A DNA stretch of 64,000 nucleotides, from NCBI GenBank assembly GCA_002189035.1, contig NEEC01000011.1, forward strand, positions 2,046,001 to 2,110,000, in the 5' to 3' direction. The notes beneath the pieces are model-generated. The model was not told where the DNA came from. It saw nothing but the letters and a program-made list of their open reading frames with translations, and searched no databases. Within the stretch, counting starts at the first letter, position 1. Every line of letters begins with the position of its first letter. This document shows, piece after piece, positions 1 to 12,977 of the stretch. A program made the translations under genes and the position numbers. The stretch comes from Utricularia gibba. Its lineage: Eukaryota > Plantae > Magnoliophyta.

Positions 1-1250
1 AAGGAAGACGCGGCCGGGATTGACGGTTCAGATCCTTTCTGGGATTTTCCTATGCTCCTTCTTCGGGTAGCAATCCCATCCAAGAAACAACAACAATTTT
101 GACCTGAAACAAACTACCATTTTCTTTCTTTTTTTCTGCCGTCTGTTGCAGAGTGACGGTGAATCAGATCACGTTTCTGGTGGGACTCAAGTATTCCACT
201 CCGACGATCGCCTGCGCACTGACCAACGTCACTCCGGCGGTTACTTTCCTGATGGCAGTGCCTTTTGGGTACTTCGATTTCCGTTTCTGAAACAGGCTGT
301 AAATCTTGATCTGAGTGATCGATTCCATTTCTTTATGCCGGTTCAAGGCTGGAAAAAGCGGGTATCAGGAGCAGAGCGGGGCAAGCAAAGGTGTTGGGAA
401 CTGGTATCTGTGTCGGTGGAGCTTTCTTGCTGTCACTATACCACGGCGCAGTGGTGAACGTCGGGAATTTCCCGGTGCACTGGAAATACGCAGAGCACAC
501 AGGGTCCGTCAGCGGCGGCGGCGGCCATGCTAACAGTATCATTCTGGGACCTTTTCTCCTCGTCCTCAGCGCCGTTTCTTGGGCCGTATGGTTCATCGTC
601 CAGGTAACTCTAAGAATCAAATACATGCACTGCACTTAGCCCCTGACAGAAACATGATTTGCAGGCGAGAGTGAGTCACAAGTACAACGCCCCCTACTCG
701 AGCTCCGCGCTCACCTGCATAATGGCGACCTTCCAGTGCCTCATCATCGCCCTCTCCTTCGACCACCGCCCCGCCTCCTGGTCCCTGCGCCAGCCCATCC
801 GGACGGTCTCCAGCGTCTACTCGGTACACACTCACTTCTCTCAAACCTCATAATCGACGATCCTACGTGATGGGCTGATTCCAACCCACTCATTTCCCAC
901 CGCCGCTGCATGTCAAGGGCGTAATCTGCTCCGCCGCCGCCTACTGCCTGATGGCTTGGTGCATCGCCGTGAAGGGCCCCTTTACGTCTCCGTGTTCAGC
1001 CCCTTGCTTCTAGTGATCGTGGCCATTCTCAGCTGGGCGCTGCTACGAGAGAAGATCCATGTGGGAACGTAAGTTCATTGCGATTCTAAGCTACTTCTTC
1101 ATTTTTCCAGCTCCCAAACACTCCGATTCGCAGAATTTGCGGTTCCGTTGCTATTGTTCTGGGGCTGTATGGAGTTCTTTGGGGAAGAAGAGGGAAGCCG
1201 AAGAGGAGGATGAGGAGAAGGTCGCCGGAATCCAAACGGAGGCGACTTAG
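1..1250 (+). CDS. WAT1-related / UMAMIT (nodulin MtN21, EamA) transporter, 5'-truncated by the window edge
   Basis: Spliced exons (about 152-267, 348-603, 664-824, 918-1047, 1134-end) give [70 protein letters not shown] and [22 protein letters not shown] 1-bp shift at the C-run 977-980 is needed to read [14 protein letters not shown]. The stop is at 1250 if a second shift restores LWGK, otherwise at 1275. Confidence 0.9.
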
Positions 1251-2775
1251 GAACCACCAGTCCACGTCGGAATGAGACCCTGTGCGCTGAAAATGATTTA
1301 TAGTATGAGAGCTCCAACTCGAAAAAGTGTCTCATAGTATAAATCATGCAACTTTATTTTGGTTTTCGATTTCTTTTCCGGTACGTGATTTTATTTTAAT
1401 TTGACTTCCTGTTTTATATAAAATGACGCTTAAAATTTATTTTATTGTTTTATTACAAAGTTAAAAAGATGGATTTGATAGTATGTATTAAGTTATTTGG
1501 TATTAAACATACATAAAATTTTATATAAAAATAATTAATTTTAAAAAACATGGATATTTTATACAGAATGTTTTTTTAAAATAGTTATTTATAATATTAC
1601 ACTTTATAATTAAACTATATATAATATTATTAAAATACTAACCCTATTTCAACAAAAATGAATAATGAAATACAAAAAAATATTTTGATATTTAATTTAT
1701 AGTACTAAAAATCACTTTATCAAATATATAATTAACATTTATTATTCAAATGACATTCTTTTCATATGCTATTAAATTAAAATCAAAGAATTTTGAGCTT
1801 GTGGCACTCGATTTCTCCCTGTTTCTGAGTGCTTTTTCAGGGTGATGATGCCTATGATCTCTCCCCTGTTTCTGGCTCGCTGAGCTTGATTTGCTTGAAG
1901 TTTATAGATGAATCCTTCACTTCATTTTCATTGCTGTGACTCATTTCTAACATAATTTGTCTGCTTCCCGGATCAAAAATCGATAATCTTGTCTAGATTT
2001 GATGCATGTAACATAAAAAATCTCCTTCATGAAGCTGGATATCCAGGCATGGTTGTGGAGAAATTTTTTTTACCATGGTGATACATAACCAGGCCATTTC
2101 TTTGCGCATTTTCATGTTATTCCTGTCATCAGTTATCAATGCGCTTGTTTGTTTGAGACCGAGGGAATGCTTGACCCTATTTCCTTTCATGCTGTAGCAA
2201 CTAAACTCCATAACCCATGTAGTCCTGGATGATCAGTTCGAATCATGATTTCTTTGGATTCTGATTGCCTGGAGATGCATTGCATCCCAAGTCCTCTGTG
2301 GGAAGCCTTCACATGGAGGGTGGTTTGGAGCAGATATAGGAGCTGCACACAGACAAGGATGTTTTGAAGAACCCTTTCTATGAAATGGAGATGCCCATCT
2401 GTTGCGACCTATTTGATTTATATAAGCTTGGCACAAGCTGCCCAAAAGGATCGAGTTGCCTTATTAGGAAGATGAGAACGAACATGTTCCATGTGAATGA
2501 ACATCTAACTATGCACGGGTGTATGTTCTTGAGATTCTACAAAACATCCAAATGATAGCTTTATTTCTGGTATGGTGAATGAATCAGGAGTGCAAAGAAG
2601 CAGAAAAAGATATCACATGGGTGCTGTCTCTAACCAGACTAATTCGCATATTTTTTCCATCAGGAGAAGATATCATAACCAAGACTACAAAGGGACAGAC
2701 AGCACAAGCATTCTCATGAAGCCCAAGTTCAGAATCCACTATTACCATCTCATCTTGTTGCTAAGTGTAACTCGA

Positions 2776-4268
2776 TCATGCAGCATTGAATGCTGTCTGA
2801 AGGGTAGATGAAAACCGAGAAACGAGAGTCTGAGTGGCAAATTGTTGAATCTGCTTCTTGGCATCTGTTAATAAAGACAAACATGTCAGCCCATCAGTCT
2901 CTTGGATGATTCAATCCATGATCAAGGATTAACAAGTTGTTTCATGGGTGGCGGATAAATGATAAGCAGGCAGGAGAGACTGTGTTTGGTGTTGAAAGAT
3001 GCAACCCACCTTTACGGCATTTAGTGAAGCCAATGATATTTGCGATGCTGAGGGTTAAGCATATGCCAACAACTAGAAGATAATCAGCCTGCAGTCTTAT
3101 CAGAGAGAAAATGGCGAAAATGACCCATGCAACTGCCTGCACATAGCAAGTCCCCAGGTCAAGTTCTCGACAGTATCAAGGTCCTTTTCTGATTAAGCGG
3201 ATGGAAAAATACATTTGCTTATAAGAAACTAAACTCGGTTAACTTACCGTAAGGTACAGGGTCCACCAGAACAGCCAAGAATCCTTCTTGTTCATTCGAG
3301 CCAGGGACTGACAGAAACAGATAATGTCTCAATAAGAGGTGGGAAAAATTATCATTTCACATGGAACAGCTGTTTACCTCTTGATCAAGAGACTCAAACT
3401 TCCACACACTTTCTCCATCCTCGTTTATTTCATTCCACCATCTAAGACCCACCAAGATGCGTCCACTTACATTCTTAACAACCCAGAAATCCAACGCAGA
3501 TAAAAGAACCGTGATGACAAATATGATGACAAAGTTATTCACGAAGAGAGCTGAAAGAATGTAAAATGCCAGAGCAGCACCCTGAAACAAATTCAACACC
3601 TCAATTTGGATATCACTGGCAGATAATGATCATAATTCAGAAAATCAAAGAACTTCACCTTAAAAAGGACATGGAAGAAACATATCTGCGGATGGGCATA
3701 ACTCTCCTCTTGGGGCTGAAAAGAGGAAAACATATCTTCATTCGGAGCTGTGTATCATAATGGGAGTGTTTGGGATTGCTTAATCTCCATCCACACCCTA
3801 ATTCTGATACTACAGAGCTTGAAATATAGAAACAAACAGCAAAACGCGTGGCGCAAAAAGTGGCATTACAATCTTTATTTAAGAATTTCATAGCTAATCT
3901 TTCCCTTATTCTGCGTTTTTAAACTAGTACAGCTGATGTTCATCATACATTTTCTTCACCACAAGATCAAGAGGAAGTGAAATACTTCTAAGAAAATATC
4001 ATCCCATTTTGCTCAATGTAAACAAATCTACACCGAAACTTATCACGTCAAGAGCGAGATCAGGAGTAACGAGACTCTGAAGTCCAAAACATTAGAAAGA
4101 TAACAATCCAGGATGATTTAATTCTTAATCCATGACGAATCCCATCAACAACCAACCCATTCGATACTAAAACTAAAAAAAACAATACAGAATTCAACGC
4201 CGGAAACTTTATAGCAAAATCAAAATGTCCATCACCGCAACAATAGAACGTACCGGATTCAGATCCAT
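2776..4268 (-). CDS. ECH: Golgi apparatus membrane protein ECHIDNA (TVP23 family)
   Basis: Six GT-AG exons: 4268-4254 (MDLNP), 3715-3659 ([16 protein letters not shown]), 3581-3378 ([22 protein letters not shown]), 3307-3248 ([18 protein letters not shown]), 3136-3010, 2864-2776 ([12 protein letters not shown]...TGA). Confidence 0.95.
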
Positions 4269-5282
4269 TGAGCGAACTTTAATTCCGATCCTCGTTCGAT
4301 TCACAACTTCCTGGGTCAGCACAACTTTGGCTCTAATCGCGAAATTATTGCAGTATCATGCTACGCGCATCCAGTGTACTCCCCGGAAGCTCGATCCCCA
4401 TTTTCTAGTCCGGTTACAAGGTTGAATTTCTAGTAATTATGTGCAAGTCCCATGTTTATCCAGTATTCAAATGTTGCCCCTCATCTTTCATAAAATTTCT
4501 ATAATACCCCAATAATTTTAGAAAACTTGAAATTGAATTAACATTTTTAAGCATAAAAATTAATTACTAATAGTTTTTTATTTGATTTGGTTTATTCATT
4601 TTCAATTTAATTATTTTTCATTTACATTTTATTCTCAAAATAATAAATTAATATTTTTATAGAGCATATCTATTTATCACTTTTTAAATGAGATTCTTTT
4701 TAAAAAAATATCATTTTACTCATTTCAGATTTTCAAATTTCAAAGCACTTTTTTATTTCATAATTGAATCAATTTTTATAATTTATTTTTAAAGTTAAAA
4801 TAACATCAATTTATTTAAGGTATTATTCTTATTCTAAATTTTAAAATTATGTGGGGAACACAATATCGAAATTCACATCAATACAAAAGAAATAGTAATT
4901 TTCCAAAAATGTAGGGGTGTGATTGATAATAATAATAATATCTGAGGTCAATATGTATAAAATGAAGAAATCCAGTTAATGGCTTTGGAAACCGCTACGA
5001 GCCATCCGTTGATGCAATTTCTTTGTGAATTTCTGAGACGACAACTCGTCGTGATGGTTCCTTTCTTCTCTTTTTTCATTTCATTCCTTTGACAGATAGA
5101 TGGCTGATTTACCTTGTTTGCCACGAAATCTGGAGTTGTGAACTTCTCCCTACCCCATAATAAACAAGTAGAAATCTTGTGGGCGTGTTTTCTTGTTGCT
5201 TTTTGTATATATCTTTCTTGATCAGAGTTGCTTCCTTCTTTTTTTTCATTCCTCGAGGGTTTGTTGATCTTTTCAAGCAAAA

Positions 5283-8019
5283 ATGAGAGCCTTGGTATTA
5301 ATGAACATGAACCCATGTTGCAGAAGCATGTTGTCTCACAAGGGCGGTGCTTTTTTTGCCAAATCTGCTACCTGTTCGACGAATTTCCCGGCTTTCGGGA
5401 TTAGGACCCACAGCCCATCTTCTCCATCGGCCCGTGTTTTTGGGATTAGGAACGCTTTCAACAGATCGTTGAGGGACAATTACGTACCCAGTTTGGGACA
5501 ATCAAGAGCGCTGTATTTGGTTAGTTGCATAGGAGATGTCAGGCATCACTCAACATCGATTGAAAGCCGTGTCAATGACAAGAATTTCGAGAGAATTTAC
5601 GTGCAGGGTGGGGCTAACGTTAAGCCAGTGGCAATTGAGAAGACTGATTTGGATGAAAATGGATTGAAAAAGGAGAGTGATGATGATATTGCGAAAAAGG
5701 ATGGCCCCATTCCTCGGACTGTGAAAGAGGCATCTGCGGCAGAAAAGGAGGCTTGGAGATTGCTAAGGAATTCAGTTGTGACTTATTGTGGTAGTCCTGT
5801 TGGTACAGTGGCTGCAAATGATCCAAATGATAAGGTTCCTCTGAACTATGACCAGGTTTTCATACGGGATTTCGTTCCTTCTGCCTTTGCATTTTTGCTC
5901 AAGGGCGAGGGGGATATTGTTCGGAATTTCTTGCTTCATACCTTGCAGCTACAGGTAGGATTAAATTCCTGCATGATATTTCTATAGCAGATTTTCATAG
6001 AATTGGTGTTATTGCCTTGCTGGGTTTCCACCAAATTCGTATAAATTTGGATGATTTTTTTAATCCGATGGTGAAAATGGCATTTCTCCCTTGTGTGTGC
6101 ATTTTTTATCATGGTTTATGAACTACTAAGTATTTTTTTCAAAATGAATCTTGGTGACTGGAACCATGGAGTAGTTGCATTGCTCTGGTGGAAATGAGTG
6201 GCGTGTCATCTTCTATTGAGGACTGACCTTAATCTATATTTGGTGATTCGGAGAAGAAAACAGATTTGATTCAAATAAATAACGAATCTTGAGGAATGGT
6301 TGATATATATCCAAGTCCATTGGACTTCACGTTCATTTACCGATTTTTGAATGAGCTAACGTGAAGGAAATGCATGCTCTGGTAACATGATCCATCTTCC
6401 CTGTTCACAGAGTTGGGAAAAGACGGTGGACTGCTACAGTCCTGGCCAGGGATTGATGCCTGCAAGTTTTAAGGTTAGAACTGTTCCTCTGGATGATAAC
6501 AAATTCGAAGAAGTTCTTGATCCAGATTTTGGAGAATCAGCCATTGGCCGTGTTGCACCTGTAGATTCTGGTAGTTATTCTGTCTGATGCCCCTTTAGCC
6601 ATCACCAGTTCGGCTCAATGTTTCTTAATTGCAAAAATCCTTTTCTGTAACACAGGACTGTGGTGGATCATCTTGTTGAGAGCATACGGGAAGCTCACTG
6701 GTGACTATACATTACAAGAAAGAATTGATGTCCAAACAGGAATAAAACTGATCCTTAACCTATGCCTATCTGATGGCTTTGATATGTTTCCCTCTTTACT
6801 TGTAACTGATGGTTCGTGCATGATTGATCGACGCATGGGATTCATGGCCATCCTTTGGAAATTCAAGTAAGTGCTTACATCTCAAGGATATCCCATTGTC
6901 TAGACATTTGCATGATTGAAGAATATGCTTCTCACTGGGAGTTGTTTTCCATCTCGTAGTCCTTGTTTTACTCAGCCCTTCGTTGCTCTCGAGAGATTCT
7001 TGCAATGGATGAAGCATCAAAAAACTTGGTGAGGGCCATTAATAATAGACTTAGTGCTCTATCATTCCACATCAGAGAATACTATTGGGTTGATCTCAAA
7101 AAAATCAACGAGATCTACCGTTACAAGACAGAGGAGTACTCGACTGAAGCCACAAACAAATTCAACATATACCCTGAGCAAATCCCTCCCTGGTTAATGC
7201 AATGGATCCCAGAGGATGGTGGCTATCTTATTGGCAATCTCCAGCCAGCACACATGGACTTCAGGTTCTTCACACTAGGAAATCTTTGGTCTGTGGTGTC
7301 CTCTCTGGGAACTCCGAAACAGAATGCAGCTATACTTAGTTTGATTGAAAGCAAGTGGGATGATCTCATCGGACAGATGCCTCTAAAAATATGCTATCCG
7401 GCTCTCGAGTCCGAAGAGTGGCGAATAATAACCGGAAGTGATCCTAAGAATACGTGGGTACCACCATAACAGCAGCACATTTCCAGCTACAGAACTTCAC
7501 ACATCCACTGCTGCATATCTGTTGTTTCTTCTGATTATTCATCTTGCTGATCGGCTTTTTTGCAGTCCCTGGTCTTACCACAACGGCGGGTCGTGGCCAA
7601 CACTTCTTTGGCAGGTAAAGCACCAACCTCTATGAGGGTGTGAACCGCTCAAAACATGATAATGAAATCTGGCATATAATCTGTTTCCCCAGTTCACCTT
7701 AGCATGCATGAAGATGGGGAGGACTGATCTCGCTAAAAGGGCTATCGAAATCGCGGAACGAAGGCTCTCCGCCGATCACTGGCCTGAATATTATGATACA
7801 AAGAGCGGAAAGTTCATCGGGAAGCAATCTCGACTATACCAGACATGGTCCATTGCAGGTTACCTGACATCCAAGATGCTGCTTGATAACCCAGAGATGG
7901 CCTCTCTGCTGTACTGGGACGAAGACTACGAGCTCCTAGAGATTTGCGTGTGCGCCCTGAGCAACTCCAACAGGAAGAAATGCTCCCGCCATTTGGCGAG
8001 GACCCAGATAATTGTTTGA
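5283..8019 (+). CDS. Alkaline/neutral invertase (GH100), organellar type with an N-terminal transit peptide; probably the mitochondrial clade
   Basis: Motifs [70 protein letters not shown] and WPEYYD over six exons. The N-terminus MNPCCR resembles mitochondrial A/N-Inv. One 1-bp deletion at about 6837-6840 breaks MG[I]HGHPLEIQ as assembled. Confidence 0.95.
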
Positions 8020-9056
8020 GCAACGCCATTTTTTGTTGCCACACACCTTGATAGTCTTTCCTTTTACTGTATAGAACACGGACGCAGTAGTTCTGCGGTC
8101 TCTAGGTGACCAGATACAGAGACACAGTGATATCGTGTCTCGCAGCCTGTTGTACTGTGTTATAAACATAGGGATATACCACTTTGGATGAACATTTGTT
8201 CATCCACAAGTGTTGACTCGTTACATATGTGAGTAAACTCTGATATCCATTGGGTTGACTCGTCACACATTGAAACTATTATTCTTAATCATAAAAAAAT
8301 GGGTATGTGATGGATTTATGAGATAATTTTTATTCATTTTCGAAAATATTGATGTGATATTTCAAAAATGAGATAAATATTTCGAAAATGATTAAACTTG
8401 TTTTTCATTTTTTTCGAAAACAAAAATGAGGAAACTCAATTTATTTTTGGAAATGGTTTAAAATGTAATTTATAATATTTATTTTAATATTATTTTAATA
8501 TTATAACTTCCAAAAATAGATATGACGTAATGGGAATTTAATAAATAAAACTTAATAAATCAATTTTTGAAAATACCATGTCAGTATTTTCGAAAACGAA
8601 TAAAAATGATCTAATATAAGAATATGAATGAATTTGATAATTTAGTCAAGTTGAATTTCAAATACATTTCAATAATAAAAAAAATATTTTTTATCAAATG
8701 AATTAAATATCTTAATCAGTTGAATCCATAACTTATGAATCGTATTAATATATATAAATTGTATAATGATCAAGTTCAACTCATGATCTCGGATAGGTTC
8801 AACTAGTGCTCAACTCTAAATTACTCTAAAAATCTTGGTTATATCGTAATTAAATGAGATTACATTTAATATTTGATAACTGCATTTTGGTTGACTCCTC
8901 ACATGGAATCCCTGAAGTTATCGCATCCAATTACTGTGACGAGTCCATTTTATTTAATTAATTAATGGCATAAAGAAATTCAACAACCACGCTGCTGATA
9001 CTGATGCTGACGATGTTGATGGGTGGATGGTCCATGGAAAGGAATCCTCGCAGCTT

Positions 9057-9571
9057 CTAACCCTCCTTCGCTTCCGCCGTCGCATCGGCAGCCGCCTTAT
9101 CCTCCTCCCCTTCCACGGCGACGGCGGCGGTCTTCGGAGTCGCAACCGTCTTCTCCTCCAGCTGGAACGCCTCGACGGGGAAGGTTCGGAACAGGCCGGT
9201 GGGGTTTGGAAGGTGATTTTCCCGGGGCCGTCGAGGTTGATCTCGTTGAGAGTAATCCAAAGCAGGAGCTCCTTCGTCTTGACGCCGGTGAGCTTGCTGA
9301 TCTTCCCGGGCTGAATTACGGCGGTGACTTCTTTAGCGTACTGGACAAGCTTTCCGATTTTCTCGAATTTGTGCTGCGTTTTCTCCTTCTGGATCAACCA
9401 CACGAAGCCGGTTTCCTTGACGTACCCGGCTTCCTCCATGTTCTTCATCGGAAGAAGGCCGTTCGGCAGTCCCATCTCCGTCAGAAGGAACTTCGATTTC
9501 TCCTGACAGATTTCATCCCCGTGGTAGATCTCCGACGCGGCGGCTCTGATCTCATCGGTTACCAGAGACAT
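9057..9571 (-). CDS. DUF538 family protein
   Basis: MSLVTDEIRAAASEIYHGDEICQEKSKFLLTEMGLPNGLLP...GFVW...LTGVKTKELLLW. Adding one C to the run at 9201-9204 restores FQTPTGLFRTFPVEAF and a stop at 9057. Confidence 0.9.
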
Positions 9572-10722
9572 CTTCCTTCGTATTATAAGTGAGCTGTGCG
9601 TGAAGCGCGACTTATATAGACGGAGGAGGAGTACGGACTCCGTTTAGTTATATTTATGGAAATTGCTTTTTAATAAATGATTTAATAATAAAGTTTTTCC
9701 AATGGCGCTAGTCTTCAATTCTTTATTGCCCTCCCTGCTGGACGCTGGAATCATCCACCCGCATACTATAAATAACCACCGCATCTTTTACGCGCATAAA
9801 TTATTTATAAATATTTAATGTACGTCACGTATGAGCTATTAATTGCACATATTTTATTGTAAACCACAAATACTTTATTTTTGTTAATAATTGAAATTTT
9901 CCATGCTTATACTGCAAACATATTCATTTCCACTAATTTAAAATGAAACAAACGTTTTAAAATCAGATTGAATTCAGTGTTCAATTTAATTCATTTTGAT
10001 TCTGTGTTTTATTATATTTGAGTTCAATTTTTTATATAAAATTAAAATAAATCTGAAATTTGAAAACATTAAATTTAGATACCTATTTTTATTTTTTTAT
10101 AATATATTCATAATAAATTTAATCTATTATAAAAAAGATATGATCATATTCTCTTAAGTAACATAATAAAAAATTAAAAGTATTCTAAGAGTCATGCAAT
10201 ATGTCACATTATTAGTTATTTGGAATCAAAGAAATGCTGAACATTTCATCACTAAATTAATCGTAGAAGGTATAATTTATGAGTTACCAATGACTATGGA
10301 TAAAGTATACCATCATTTTAGTGTTTTAAATTGACTAAAATCAAGAATAATCTGAATGATTGATTAAACCCCTTTTAAAAACATTGATTCAAATATATAT
10401 CAAATGATACCATTTAAACTAAATTTTTAAAAAAATGAAAAATGAAATAAGTTGGCATTTTTATAATTTTAAAATAATTATTTTATCATTTTTTAAAAAT
10501 GAAAAATAGTTATTTTCTACGGGAGTATTAATTTTTCACTTTGAGAATGAAAATGGGCCAAACGTAAATTAAGCCCCCAACTTAGGCGCGTTCCATACTA
10601 TAATCTAATGAATTTGTTTGCAAGTGGCCCCTCAATTAAGTTTCAAACTCGGCCCACGGCCTCACTACATGGGCCTTGACAGTTGACAAATTGACGGAAA
10701 GGGAAGCATGATTCTGCATCTG

Positions 10723-10755
10723 CACGTGGGGAAACAGTCGAGGAGATGCCACGTG
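10723..10755. promoter_or_regulatory. Pair of G-boxes (CACGTG), one in a GCCACGTGGC palindrome
   Basis: CACGTG at 10723-10728 and 10750-10755, between the bHLH 3' end and the DUF538 promoter. Function is inferred from the motif only. Confidence 0.3.
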
Positions 10756-11015
10756 GCAAACACATACGTCACTCATTTTCAGCTCCAGTCCAGCCATCTT
10801 GTTCCTACCTTCATACCCTGCAATTAATTCCTACGATTAGACTATTTGATTTTTTTTAATTAAAAGAAAAAATAACGGATATATTTAAAAAAATTGGAAG
10901 ATTGAGAATTAAATTACTTTCAAGCAGATTGATTTTTACCCCCACACAAAAAAACAGGTGTAATTGAAGATATTTGACATGAAAAAGTAGCAGGTGAATG
11001 AGCGGGGCCTGGAAG

Positions 11016-11561
11016 TCACGCCCCGCCGCTGAGCACGCTCATGAGGGATGCCATGGCTTTCACTTGCATTTCCAGAGCCGCAATATAATCGGTAGTTTCG
11101 GCGATAAGGCCGGGAACTGAGATTTTACGGCAGCCGGGAACCAAACGGCTTAGAGCGTTAATTTTACTCTGCAACGGCGAAAACGGCGATCTCATCCGCG
11201 CCGCCGATATTCTGTGAATTGAGGCGGAGGCGAGGGGGATCCTAGCAGCCTTTTTACGAGTTTCATTGGCGTCTAAGCGGCTGCGGCGGCGGCGGCGGAG
11301 AATTGCTCGGCTCCAGCGCGTTTCTCCCCTGGCGGAAGCCGCGAGAACTCGATCTGCCGCATCGCGGACGACGCGGTTTCCGACGGCATCCGATTCCTTG
11401 CGACGACGCAGGCGACGCAAGGCGCTTACAAGCCTCGACGAATAGATCTGTCTCTCCACCTCCGCCTGCCATCTTCCCTGACCTTCACTTTCAACGTGCT
11501 TTCTCTTCCGACAAAGCAACAGCCTCGATTCCAACGGCGAAGCAGCTTCGAATTTCGCCAT
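11016..11561 (-). CDS. Atypical non-DNA-binding bHLH (bHLH147-150 / AIF / IBH1-like)
   Basis: Intronless ORF with QIYSSRLVSALRR, VRDAADRVLAASARGETRWSRAIL and KINALSRLVPGC...ETTDYIAALEMQVKAM. First ATG is at 11561; the track start at 11567 is TTG. Confidence 0.9.
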   Translation of the reverse strand: MAKFEAASPLESRLLLCRKRKHVESEGQGRWQAEVERQIYSSRLVSALRRLRRRKESDAVGNRVVRDAADRVLAASARGETRWSRAILRRRRRSRLDANETRKKAARIPLASASIHRISAARMRSPFSPLQSKINALSRLVPGCRKISVPGLIAETTDYIAALEMQVKAMASLMSVLSGGA

Positions 11562-12356
11562 ATCCAACTCAGATTCCTCGAATCCTCCAACCCTAACCCA
11601 AACCAGTCATTTAACAACACATCAAATCACAGAAATGACGACACACTGAATCACATCCAGATCTCAGAATAACATACCTTAGTCAACTCGCCGGCGAGGA
11701 AATTCCTCAGATCAGAGAAGCATTCAAGGCCGACGAGAATACGGAGGAGAGGGAGCAGGGTATATATAGCAGTCAGCCAGTTCATCACACCGCACATTGT
11801 GTGTACTTGTAGGCAACACGCAAATTCGGATCCTTGTTCGGGTCGGGTCGGGCAAATGATGCAATCATACAAAATGGATGGGTTGGCGGGAGATGGTGTT
11901 GCATGAGGAGGGAACAAGAGTGGGCCCGGGCAGTGAGATTGCTTTTCCACACTTTCCATTTTTTCATGTGAGTGGTGATGCACAAGTTCGCTTACCGTGG
12001 ACACGCCTCGTCCACACGCACCAAACCTTCTTTATTTAAATAAATTAATATATAATTTATTGGATAAAATTTTAAAATGCTATCTAAATCATCAATCTGG
12101 CTAAAAAATATTGATTGCAATAATTATAATAATATAATTATAAAAGTAGTATTATTTGAAAAGCACCGACTGTGATGCGTTCTCATGGTATTTGTATAAA
12201 ATGGGGTTCAATCTATTTTCCAATATATCGAATTCAATATATTTATAAAAATATTATAAAAAATAACATTTATTACCTAATATTAACTTTTTATATTTCA
12301 ATATTTTTTATTTTTTATAAAAATTATTGAATCGGATCAAACTTCCCCAGTTCAAC

Positions 12357-12849
12357 TAGGGATAAAAGTTAAAGCCCAATCCCGTGGGCCGGCCCGACCC
12401 GGCCCTAAAAAACATCGGGGATTGGGCCTGTACATTGATGACCCGAAAGATTGTCGGCTTAGGGCCAAGTTAAAAATAGAATTTATATATATAATAATTA
12501 TAATTATTCTTAATTTTGAATAATTTAAATTCATTTTATATATATAATTTTATTTTAAGGATAGATAATATGAATTAATAATTTGTATAATAATTTTAAA
12601 ATTTTTTCTATAAATTATTTAAATAATATTAAAATGTATATTAATGTTTAATAATTTTTTATTTTTTTATTTTTATATGGTAAGCCCGTGGGCCGGGTAG
12701 GGCCAGCCCGGCCCTCTGAATAATCGGGCTAGGGCCATGTTAATCATATTTTTATGTAATCGGGCTTTAGCCCGGCCCTAGCCCGAAACTTGACAAGGCC
12801 CTCTGAAATAGGGTCGGGCCAGCTCTGCCCGGCCCAACTTTCATCTCTA
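12357..12849. mobile_element. Non-autonomous hAT-like MITE, 493 bp
   Basis: Left end TAGGGATAAAAGTT; right end reads TAGAGATGAAAGTT on the reverse strand. Flanks AGTTCAAC / AGTTCAGT match 6 of 8 (decayed 8-bp TSD). Subterminal GGGCCGG/CCCGGCCC repeats surround an AT-rich core. Confidence 0.75.
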
Positions 12850-12977
12850 AGTTCAGTCCTAGATTTTAACACACTTATTTTGCTTGAGCTGTTTATCCTT
12901 CCCAAGAATCAATTCTTACAAACAAAGCATATGTTGCAGAAAGTGAGAAGCATTTGATGTGAAGTAAAGCAGCTCGT

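Noticed and set aside
1800-2760. About 1 kb of moderately GC-rich sequence with several 60-80 aa ORFs
   Set aside because: No frame gives a recognisable protein or a consistent splice model. It may be ECHIDNA 3' UTR or a decayed relic; I cannot support a feature.
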